From an uncultured Desulfobacterales bacterium (GTDB lineage: Bacteria; Desulfobacterota; DSM-4660; Desulfatiglandales; HGW-15), in NCBI GenBank assembly GCA_964647905.1, contig CAZYJR010000008.1:47823-111822 (forward strand): a stretch of DNA of 64,000 nucleotides. The letters are read 5' to 3'. This document shows, in pieces, positions 17,646-25,470 of this stretch; the first letter of the stretch is position 1, and every line of letters begins with the position of its first letter. The translations under genes and the position numbers were made by a program. The notes beneath the pieces are model-generated. The model was not told the origin of the DNA. It worked only from the letters and a program-made list of their open reading frames with translations, and did not search any database.

Positions 17646-18268
17646 TGGATCGAGCCGCTCTCAAAGAAGACCTCAAGGCCTTGTCCGCGCTTTTCAGCTA
17701 CCCGACTCGACCGCACTCCCTGGGGGACCTCAAGAGGGCGGGCCTCATGGAGGTGGGGAATGGCCGGCCGCCGGTGGGAACCACCGGGCTCCGAACCCTT
17801 CAAAACGCCTATGTGCGCCTGTTCATAAACGCCCTCCCGGAAATCCCCTGCCCGCCGTACGGCTCTTTCCACCTGGAAGGAACGCTAATGGGGGTCTCCA
17901 CCCTGCGCATCCGGGATCTCTACGCGGCATACGGCTTTCAGACCCGGGAGATGCCGGATCACATAGCGGTGGAGCTGGAATTCCTCCACCTTCTGACCCA
18001 CCTACTGCCCGTTGGGGACCTCGAGGTGAGGCAGGATCACGCATTCCTCTTGGAGCACCTCAGGCTGTGGTCCCCCGCCTTTTTCGAAGGTGTGGAGGTA
18101 AGTGACGAAAGCGGCTTCTACGCGGGAGTCTGCAGATTCGCCGGTTCCGTGCTCCAGGCCGATTTCATGGATGAAGCAGAGCTTCTGAGCATGCACTATC
18201 CTCCTGAGACCGGGACCGGCAGCTTGATTATGCACCGGGCCCCTTTATCGGGAACGGGCTCGAGATAG
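17642..18268 (+). CDS. TorD/NarJ-family chaperone
   Basis: ATG at 17642 overlaps the upstream stop (ATGA). PDHIAVELEFLHLL motif. The last roughly 30 codons run into a foreign antisense remnant, so the C-terminal end is uncertain. Confidence 0.7.
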   Translation: MMDRAALKEDLKALSALFSYPTRPHSLGDLKRAGLMEVGNGRPPVGTTGLRTLQNAYVRLFINALPEIPCPPYGSFHLEGTLMGVSTLRIRDLYAAYGFQTREMPDHIAVELEFLHLLTHLLPVGDLEVRQDHAFLLEHLRLWSPAFFEGVEVSDESGFYAGVCRFAGSVLQADFMDEAELLSMHYPPETGTGSLIMHRAPLSGTGSR

Positions 18269-18423
18269 ATCTCCCCCAAGCTCCTCCGGGCGGCCAACCG
18301 GGCTATAGGGAGACCGAACCCTGTTCCGTAGGGTTTGGAGGAATGAAAGGGGATGAAGGACTCAACCAGGATGCAGTCCCCCGAGAAGTCCTCCTGGAGA
18401 AAGGAGCTCGTCGGATGAGACAA
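18196..18423 (-). pseudogene. Orphan C-terminal fragment of a histidine-kinase ATPase domain
   Basis: KPYGTGFGLPIARLAARRSLGEIYLEPVPDKGARCIIKLP matches the G2 box and C-terminus of HATPase_c. No HisKA or sensor part lies upstream. It overlaps the torD 3' end and the hdrC 5' leader. Confidence 0.5.
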
Positions 18424-19044
18424 AGATCAGCGAAGAACACGCTCTCAGACAAGGGAGAGGTCAAAGGCTGTGTTGATTTGACCGACAAGGACGATTCTCT
18501 CCTGGACGAGGTCAACCGGCTGAGCGGAGAGAACATAGGGCTATGCCTTCATTGCCGGTGCTGCGCCAACGGCTGTCCTTATACCGAGGTGATGGACTAT
18601 CCGCCGCATGTAGTTTTTCGCCTGGTTCAGTTGGGGCTCAGAGAAGAGGCCCTGGCATGCTCGACCATTTGGATATGTGTGAGCTGCAACACCTGCTCCA
18701 TTCAGTGCCCTGTTGCCCTCGATATTCCGGCCGTAATGGACGGTCTGCGCTATGTGGCCTTGAGCGATGACGCCAGGCTCGGAGAGCCGGAAATTGTCAA
18801 ATTCCACAGAGAAGTAGTTCAATCCATCCGGCGTCACGGCAGAACCCACAAGCTGGAAATCATGCTGAACTACAAAATCAGGACCCGGAAATGGTTCGAG
18901 GACATGGACTTGGGATTGAAGATGCTGGCCAAGCGAAAGCTGGATCTTCGACCTTCCCGGATCAAGGGGATCGAAGGGGGCTCCTGGAGCAGGATCTTCG
19001 AAGGAAAAGGAGGGAACCATGGGATATGGAGAAGAGACAGTTGA
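18415..19044 (+). CDS. hdrC: Heterodisulfide reductase subunit C-like protein
   Basis: ATG 8 nt after GGAGAAAGGAG. Two ferredoxin motifs, CLHCRCCANGCP and CVSCNTCSIQCP, spaced as in HdrC. Confidence 0.75.
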   Translation: MRQRSAKNTLSDKGEVKGCVDLTDKDDSLLDEVNRLSGENIGLCLHCRCCANGCPYTEVMDYPPHVVFRLVQLGLREEALACSTIWICVSCNTCSIQCPVALDIPAVMDGLRYVALSDDARLGEPEIVKFHREVVQSIRRHGRTHKLEIMLNYKIRTRKWFEDMDLGLKMLAKRKLDLRPSRIKGIEGGSWSRIFEGKGGNHGIWRRDS

Positions 19045-19891
19045 GATGTCCTATTTCCCGGGATGCTCAATGGTGACTTCTGCGAAGGAGAGCAATCTTT
19101 CTCTTCTGCAGGTTATGAAAAACCTGGATATGAATCTAACCGAGCTGGACGACTGGAACTGCTGCGGGTCTTCCTCGGCCCACAGCACGGACCCCTCTCT
19201 GGCCTTGAGTCTTGCGGCCAGGAACCTGACCCTGGCCTCCGGCCGAGTACCCCTGATGGTCATGTGCCCTTCGTGCCTAATACGGCTCAAGACGGCCCGA
19301 GCCTATCTCAGCAAAGACCCGGAAGCCCGGGAGCGCCAAGAGGAGTTATGGGGAGGGGCCATTGACCCGGACCTCAAAATCATGCATTTCTTTGAGGTGA
19401 TGGATGCGGTTCCGCCCGAACGCCTCGCCGCATCACGAGTCAAGAAGCTGGACCGCCTGAGAATCGCCGCGTACTACGGATGCATGCTGGCAAGACCCCC
19501 GATACTTCGAAAGGAGCCCCGCTATTCGGGAATAATGGAGAGGATTCTTTCCAGGGTCGGCGCCTACTGTGTGCCGTGGAGGTATCACTCTCTTTGCTGC
19601 GGGACCTTTCTGGCGGCGGCCAGACCGGATATCGCCACACCGTTGGTCAACAAAATAACTGAAGACGCGGTCAAATGGGGCGGGGAGTGCATTGTCACCG
19701 CCTGTGCCATGTGCCAAATCAATCTGGAGATCCGCTGTACCCTGAAAAGCAGGATCCCGGTGTTCCATTTCTCGGAGATCCTCGCCCTCGCCATGAGCGA
19801 AGACGGAGATTCCGCGGCGGGATGGCTGAAGCGCCACCTGACGGACCCTAGGCCCCTGCTGGCCGAAAAGGGATTGATTGAAACCCATTGA
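19019..19891 (+). CDS. hdrB: Heterodisulfide reductase subunit B-like (CCG-domain) protein
   Basis: SD AAGGAGGG. YFPGCS...NCCGS and YYGC...LCCG CCG-type motifs. Confidence 0.75.
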   Translation: MGYGEETVEMSYFPGCSMVTSAKESNLSLLQVMKNLDMNLTELDDWNCCGSSSAHSTDPSLALSLAARNLTLASGRVPLMVMCPSCLIRLKTARAYLSKDPEARERQEELWGGAIDPDLKIMHFFEVMDAVPPERLAASRVKKLDRLRIAAYYGCMLARPPILRKEPRYSGIMERILSRVGAYCVPWRYHSLCCGTFLAAARPDIATPLVNKITEDAVKWGGECIVTACAMCQINLEIRCTLKSRIPVFHFSEILALAMSEDGDSAAGWLKRHLTDPRPLLAEKGLIETH

Positions 19892-19982
19892 TCCAAAGCC
19901 GTTTATGACTAAAATAGTAGGAGTTGGTTGCCTGGGAGATGAGTATGACAAGACGCGTCAATCGTGCGAGGAGGGGGAAGCA

Positions 19983-20525
19983 ATGTACACCAAGACAGTG
20001 ATGGATCACTTCAAGTCCCCCCGAAACGTAGGGGTCATTGAAGACCCCGACGGGGTCGGGGAGGTGGGCAATCCTCTCTGCGGGGATATGATGAGCATCT
20101 ACCTCAAGGTGAAGGAGGAGCGGATAGAGGACATTAAGTTCCAGACCTTTGGTTGCGGTGCGGCCATCGCGGTCTCCAGCATGTTGACCGAGATGGCCAA
20201 GGGTAAGACCCTGGAGGAAGCGAAAAAAATCTCCAATAAGGACGTTGCCGAGGCCCTGGAAGGGCTTCCCAAGAACAAGCTCCACTGCTCCAACCTGGGG
20301 GCGGACGCCCTGCACATGGCGATCAAAGATTATGAAGACCGCAAGGCGGGAAAGCCCAAACCCGAGGAGAAACGCAAGGAGGTACATGAGCACACCCATG
20401 GGGGCAAGTGCTACTGTCCTTATTGTAAGTCTGAGCTTTCTGAAGGGATCAGCTTTTGTGAATCATGCCAGCTCAATGTGCACCCTGAACATGAATCATC
20501 CCAAGACCTTGGAGGATCGTCATGA
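19983..20525 (+). CDS. nifU: NifU/IscU-type Fe-S scaffold with C-terminal zinc-ribbon tail
   Basis: MYTKTVMDHFKSPRNVG...NPLCGD...FGCGAAIA...LHCS scaffold Cys triad, with SD GAGGAGGGGG. Tail is CYCPYC...CESC. Confidence 0.85.
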   Translation: MYTKTVMDHFKSPRNVGVIEDPDGVGEVGNPLCGDMMSIYLKVKEERIEDIKFQTFGCGAAIAVSSMLTEMAKGKTLEEAKKISNKDVAEALEGLPKNKLHCSNLGADALHMAIKDYEDRKAGKPKPEEKRKEVHEHTHGGKCYCPYCKSELSEGISFCESCQLNVHPEHESSQDLGGSS

Positions 20526-21682
20526 AGGTGGTGAATCTGGATCATCTCTCGGCCAACCCACTGCTCCCCCCGGTGCAGGACGCCATGATCGAGGCCGTAA
20601 AGAAGAATTACGGCAATCCTTCAAGTCAGCATCGCCTCGGAGACAAGGCGGCCGAAGTCCTTGAATCAGCAAGGGAATCCGCGGCCTCGCTTATTGGATG
20701 CCGAACTCCAAAGGAGGTGGTCTTCACCTCGGGAGGGACGGAGTCCGTGAACCATGCCATCAAAGGGGCCGCCCTGGCCCTGCGCGAAAAGGGCCGTCAC
20801 ATAGTAAGCTCCAATATTGAGCATAATGCCGTGCTTCGAGCCCTGAGAAGACTCAAGCTAATGGATTACAAGGTCACCTCCCTGCCCGTGGACCCGGACG
20901 GGCGGGTGGATCCTCAAGACGTGGCCAAGGCCATCCGCGGGGACACCATCCTGGTGACGATCATGCACAGCAACAACGAGATCGGGACCCTTGAGCCAAT
21001 CAGGGAGATCGCACAGATTACGCGGGAGCGGAAGGTCTTGTTTCACACAGATGCCGTAGACTCTGTAGGAGTCCTTCCCGTTAATGTTCAGGAGCTTGGA
21101 GTGGACCTGCTGAGTTTCGCCTCAAATACGTTCTATGGCCCCGCTGGGGTGGGCGGACTCTATGTGAGAAGCGGCACTAAGCTGTGGCCCCTGCTGGACG
21201 GCGGGGTGCAGGAAAACAACAAGCGGGCTGGCGCTGAAAACCTCATCGGCATCGTAGGCATGGGGGTTGCGGCGGATCTCGCCCGCGAGGAAATGCCGCA
21301 TCGAATGGCGCATGTGAGAAGCTTGAGGGAAAAGCTGCTCCGAGAGCTACCCCGGTTCGTGGACGAATACCATATCAACGGGCATCCCGAGCATTGCCTG
21401 CCCCACCTTGTTTCGATCTCCATCAAGTACGTGGAAGGAGAGAGCATTGTCCTGCTGCTGGATGAGGAGGGATTCGCGGTTTCCACACGATCGGCCTGTG
21501 CCGCCGGGGCGCTTCAGGCATCCCATGTGCTTCTGTCCATAGGCAGGGACTTTGCCGATGCCCAAGGCACTCTTGTGATCTCTCTTGGGATGGAAAACAC
21601 CGCTGCCGACATCGACCGCTTCTTGCCGGCCCTTAGATCCGCGGTGGCCACCCTGCGGAAGATATCCCCCCTTTACAATTAG
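20522..21682 (+). CDS. nifS: Cysteine desulfurase (NifS/IscS class)
   Basis: 386 aa, class V aminotransferase pattern (FTSGGTESVN, SNIEHNAV, HTDAV, ...STRSACA active-site Cys). 4-nt overlap with nifU. Confidence 0.85.
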   Translation: MKVVNLDHLSANPLLPPVQDAMIEAVKKNYGNPSSQHRLGDKAAEVLESARESAASLIGCRTPKEVVFTSGGTESVNHAIKGAALALREKGRHIVSSNIEHNAVLRALRRLKLMDYKVTSLPVDPDGRVDPQDVAKAIRGDTILVTIMHSNNEIGTLEPIREIAQITRERKVLFHTDAVDSVGVLPVNVQELGVDLLSFASNTFYGPAGVGGLYVRSGTKLWPLLDGGVQENNKRAGAENLIGIVGMGVAADLAREEMPHRMAHVRSLREKLLRELPRFVDEYHINGHPEHCLPHLVSISIKYVEGESIVLLLDEEGFAVSTRSACAAGALQASHVLLSIGRDFADAQGTLVISLGMENTAADIDRFLPALRSAVATLRKISPLYN

Positions 21683-22011
21683 GGCTGAATCTCCCTGAGG
21701 GCGTCATCAAGAGCCTCTTGGTCCATTGCCCCTTGGTATGTCCGGAGCGGCTTCCCGTCCCTGAAAAATATCAGCGTGGGAATGCTCCGGACGGAGTAGC
21801 GTTCGGCCGTCTTTGGATTGTCGTCCACATCCAGTTTGAAGACCTTGATTTTCCCCGCATTGCGGGCGGCAAACGACTCCAGGACCGGGGCCATGGCATG
21901 GCACGGCCCGCACCACGGTGCCCAGAAGTCCACGAGGCAAAGGCCCAAGTGTCCAAGCACCTTCTCCTCGAACCCCTCGTCGTTGATGATCTGGACAAAA
22001 CCCTCGCTCAC
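21679..22011 (-). CDS. trxA: Thioredoxin
   Basis: WAPWCGPC active site. A GTG at 22011 preceded by AAGGGAGAGG gives a canonical ~110-aa protein; the track start 22125 adds a non-protein-like extension. Confidence 0.85.
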   Translation of the reverse strand: MSEGFVQIINDEGFEEKVLGHLGLCLVDFWAPWCGPCHAMAPVLESFAARNAGKIKVFKLDVDDNPKTAERYSVRSIPTLIFFRDGKPLRTYQGAMDQEALDDALREIQP

Positions 22012-22027
22012 GGCGGCCTCTCCCTTT

Positions 22028-22228
22028 TTAAGATTGATGGAGTTGCAAAAAGCCCACAACCACGTGGAACTCCACGATGCTCTTCTTTTCCGTCCCCGGT
22101 TCGAACAGCTCGCACAGGGCGGCATAGGCCTCGTAGCCCTCCATCAGCTCGCCGAGCACGTTTTCGTACTCGTGGAAAAAGGTCAGGTCCTGGAGAAACA
22201 GGACCCGGTCCCAGCTTGGTCCCACCAC
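22028..22228 (-). CDS. Small hypothetical protein (66 aa), possibly a gene remnant
   Basis: GTG start. Protein-like composition (WDRVLFLQDLTFFHEYENVLGELMEGYEAY...). Its stop is 16 nt before the trx start. I recognise no family, and protein-like sequence continues upstream without a start codon. Confidence 0.3.
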   Translation of the reverse strand: MVGPSWDRVLFLQDLTFFHEYENVLGELMEGYEAYAALCELFEPGTEKKSIVEFHVVVGFLQLHQS

Positions 22229-22554
22229 CCGGCCCGCATCCTGCCGTTCCCCCAGCGGGCCCGGGACATCGCGGGGCTCGCGGCTGAGAAACGCCTCCCG
22301 GTACCCGCCCCACCTCGTCGAGGAAAAGGCTCGGGGACCGGCACAGCTCCCGCACCGGGGGCTCTTCGCAGTTCAGGTGAACGGAAGGGGACGACTTCCG
22401 CGGTCTGCTCTCTTTTTCGTCCTTGCTATTTTCGCCGATCCTGCGAATAAAAGCCCAGTCAGCCTGCGCCGCAGTGGGCCGGGAGCGGCCGAGTCCAATC
22501 ACACATGATCGGAACGATACAGTGCCCAGAATATACACCTCCCCTTTTGTGCGC

Positions 22555-23679
22555 ATGTCGTGCGCCAACTTTTTTATCGTGATCAGCTTCGGCCATTTTT
22601 TCCTTTTCCCGCTGTTTATCAAAGACAGGGGAGGCTCCAAGGCGGACATCGGGGTGATCATGGCGGCGTTTCTGGTGGCCTCCATCCTCTGCCGGCCCTG
22701 GATAGCGGAGATGGTCGACCGCCTGGGCCGAAAGACGACCTACACACTGGGTTGCATCGTCATCACGGTCATGCCGCTGACCTATCTGTTTCTTCAGGGT
22801 CCCTTGGAGTCTTATTACCTCCCGCTTCTCGGCATCCGGGTGATTCACGGTGTGGGCCTGGCGCTGTGTTTCACTGCCGTCTTCACCTTCATCATCGATA
22901 TCGTCCCACATGAGCGTTTGAACGAAGGGGTCGGCGTTTTCGGAATCACGGGGTTGACCGCCATGGCCGTGGGTCCCGTGATCGCGGAAGCGATCCTGAC
23001 GCATTTCGGGTATACGGTTTACTTCATCAGCGCCGCCGCCTCAGGTGCCGCGGGGCTCGCCGTGCAGAGGCCGGTGACCGAACCCGTGAACGAAGCGTTC
23101 ACCCCGGTCCCAGCCGGGTTTTTCAGTATGCTTTTTCAGCCCCGCTTTCTGTGGGTTTCTCTCCTCGTATTCCTGTTCGGTTTCGGTCTTGCGGCTTCAA
23201 ACACGTTTGTCTCTCCGCTTGCAGAAGAGCGGCGGACTGCGCTCATCTCATTTTACTACATCTCCTACTCATTTGCAGCAGTCTGCACCCGCGTCTTCGG
23301 CGGCAAACTGGCCGATCGTTGGGGGGAGGCGAAGATCGTTCCGCCGGCGTTTCTGCTGACCTCATCGGGCTTCATTCTCCTCATGCCGGACGGCGGCGAC
23401 GTCCTTTTCATCCTTTCCGGATTGCTGTGCGGCAGCGGGCACGGCTTCCTGTTCCCCTCTCTCAATGCCCTGGCCGTGAGAGGAGAGCCGCCTTCGGTTC
23501 GGGGTAAGATCACGGGCATTTTTACCGGAGGGCTGGACTTCGGGGTGTTTTCAGGTTCGGTGATCCTCGGGGTGGTGGGGGAGGCATTCGGCTATGGACC
23601 GCTCTTCGGCCTTGCCGGTCTGTCGCTTCTCATGGCGGCGCCCATCACCTGGTGGGGGACATTGAAAAAGCGTGCGTAG
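22555..23679 (+). CDS. MFS transporter
   Basis: About 12 TM segments with the loop motif MVDRLGRK between TM2 and TM3. Start is uncertain (22423-22555); there is no clear SD. Confidence 0.75.
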   Translation: MSCANFFIVISFGHFFLFPLFIKDRGGSKADIGVIMAAFLVASILCRPWIAEMVDRLGRKTTYTLGCIVITVMPLTYLFLQGPLESYYLPLLGIRVIHGVGLALCFTAVFTFIIDIVPHERLNEGVGVFGITGLTAMAVGPVIAEAILTHFGYTVYFISAAASGAAGLAVQRPVTEPVNEAFTPVPAGFFSMLFQPRFLWVSLLVFLFGFGLAASNTFVSPLAEERRTALISFYYISYSFAAVCTRVFGGKLADRWGEAKIVPPAFLLTSSGFILLMPDGGDVLFILSGLLCGSGHGFLFPSLNALAVRGEPPSVRGKITGIFTGGLDFGVFSGSVILGVVGEAFGYGPLFGLAGLSLLMAAPITWWGTLKKRA

Positions 23680-23889
23680 CTCGATTTCGACCCGGATCCC
23701 GAGCGGCCCAAACCTCTTACATATATTGTCTTTAGGGGTGGAGACTGTCTTTCCCCTCCCGGCCGTAACCGGCACGCTCCACAAAGACCGTCTAGAGGGC
23801 TCTTTCCTGGAGCCTCACACGGGCCCGCTCCTCTCCCTCGCTGTCCCTTACCGGGCCCTCGGCCTCCCCTATATGCCCTCCGATCATGA

Positions 23890-23945
23890 TTGACAAACAC
23901 CCAACTTCTAGATACAGTTAATAAACCTTTTTGTTTATTAACTGT
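23890..23945 (+). promoter_or_regulatory. abiE promoter plus 13-bp inverted-repeat operator
   Basis: TTGACA (23890-95), 17-nt spacer, TACAGT (23913-18). Perfect inverted repeat ACAGTTAATAAAC-N6-GTTTATTAACTGT (23914-23945) ends 5 nt before the ATG. Confidence 0.5.
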
Positions 23946-23950
23946 ACCCG

Positions 23951-24544
23951 ATGAAACACAACGAGCTGCGAAGCATTCAGAAACTCTATTTCGGCTACGA
24001 GGAATTGGCCAGGGCCCTGAGCATCAGCGCGGCCTCGGCCCGGGTCGCGGCCAGCCGCTACGTCAAGCAAGGCCTGCTCGTGCGGGTGAAACGAAACGTG
24101 TACGTAAGGCGTGACGTCTGGGAATCCTCCGACCGGGAGCAGAGATTCTTGCTGGCCAACCTGGGGCAGGTGCCCTCTTATATCTCGCTGATGACGGCCC
24201 TGGACCACACCGATTTGACCACGCAGCTTCAACGGGAGGTCATCGAATCCGTCACCCTTAAGCGGACCCGTGAGATCCGGGTCGAAGAGACCCTTTTCAA
24301 ATACACCAAGATATCCGGCTCTCTCTATTCCGGCTTTGTCAAAGAAAAAGGGGGCTTCATTGCGCTCCCGGAAAAGGCCCTACTGGACGCCATGTACCTG
24401 ACGTCCCTGGGCCGCTATTCCCTGGACCTCTCCGCTATTGACCGCTCGAAGCTGGACCTGGAGCGGCTCAAGACCTTGAGCACTCCGTTTCCCTCGAGAA
24501 CGAAGCAGACCCTGGCGAAACATGGATACCTTTCAAAAGCATGA
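23951..24544 (+). CDS. AbiEi-family type IV antitoxin / transcriptional regulator
   Basis: 197 aa. N-terminal wHTH (ELARALSISAASARVAASRYVKQGLLVRVKRNVYV) and conserved LLANL...PSYISLMTAL block. Overlaps its AbiEii partner. Confidence 0.7.
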   Translation: MKHNELRSIQKLYFGYEELARALSISAASARVAASRYVKQGLLVRVKRNVYVRRDVWESSDREQRFLLANLGQVPSYISLMTALDHTDLTTQLQREVIESVTLKRTREIRVEETLFKYTKISGSLYSGFVKEKGGFIALPEKALLDAMYLTSLGRYSLDLSAIDRSKLDLERLKTLSTPFPSRTKQTLAKHGYLSKA

Positions 24545-25199
24545 GGCCTTTGAAATCGAGGTCCTCGACAAGATGCACCGAGCCAAGGGTTTGGAGCCGC
24601 TCGTCTTCGGCGGCGGGACCATGCTCAGGCTCTGTCACGAGCTGCCCCGGTACTCCGTGGATCTGGATTTCTGGGTGATCAAACCCTTAGACGAGGAGAC
24701 CTATCGCGACAGGCTTCAGCGTACGTTCGAAAAGGACTACGAGGTCACGGATGCGGAAATCAAGTACCACTCCATCCTCTTCGAGCTCAGGTCCAACAGG
24801 TACCCCAGACGCCTGAAAATCGAGATTCGCCGAACCCTTGAACACTGGGACTTGCAGGAGAAGATCGCCTTCTCCAAATACGCGACTCTGCAGGTCGCCC
24901 TGAAGGCGCACACCCTGGATCAGACTATGAAAAACAAGATTTCCTCCTTCCTGGACCGCAAGGAGATTCGGGACTGCTTTGACATGGAGTTCATGCTCCG
25001 GCGGGGTGTGGCGCTGCCACCCCTGGACGCCGCTGTCCTGCGCCGACTTCAGGCCGGAATCCAAGACTTGAGGGAGCGGGATTTCAAGGTGAAGCTGGGC
25101 TCCGTCCTGGAGAGCGGCATCCGTTCCTACTACATCTCTGAGGGCTTTTCCTTTCTGAAAGAGAAACTTCACGAAACCCTTGCCGCCTCAGAAAAGTGA
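24522..25199 (+). CDS. AbiEii/AbiGii-family nucleotidyltransferase toxin
   Basis: FGGGTMLRL...SVDLDFW (hGG...DxD NTase motif). 23-nt overlap with abiEi. Confidence 0.75.
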   Translation: MDTFQKHEAFEIEVLDKMHRAKGLEPLVFGGGTMLRLCHELPRYSVDLDFWVIKPLDEETYRDRLQRTFEKDYEVTDAEIKYHSILFELRSNRYPRRLKIEIRRTLEHWDLQEKIAFSKYATLQVALKAHTLDQTMKNKISSFLDRKEIRDCFDMEFMLRRGVALPPLDAAVLRRLQAGIQDLRERDFKVKLGSVLESGIRSYYISEGFSFLKEKLHETLAASEK

Positions 25200-25407
25200 C
25201 ACCCATAAATCTTTTCCTACAACAGCCGGTTGGCCAAGCAGGTCATGCTTAACTTGGATTTCGCTCTTTGAAGATGGCCATTTTTCTGTTTCATGTCGAA
25301 CTTGTGACTTCATTCAGTCGTGCTCCAGTCAGGGCAGGCTAGAGGCGGCTGCCCAACGGATTTAGACGTTGGCCACTTGGCTGAAATTGCTTGGGGATTG
25401 ATTGAAT

Positions 25408-25444
25408 AAGGCTGTTGAATCCCCCAAACGGATTCAACAGCCTT
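25408..25444. terminator. Bidirectional hairpin terminator between abiEii and hcp
   Basis: Perfect 15-bp stem AAGGCTGTTGAATCC / GGATTCAACAGCCTT with a 7-nt loop. It sits between convergent genes and has only a partial U-tract. Confidence 0.55.
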
Positions 25445-25470
25445 TCCTTGGTGATCATCACCCTGAAAGA

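Noticed and set aside
22008-22685. 225-aa minus-strand ORF spanning the trx-MFS spacer and the MFS 5' end.
   Set aside because: The translation is Pro/Gly/Arg-rich and low-complexity. It overlaps the MFS gene antisense and has no SD.
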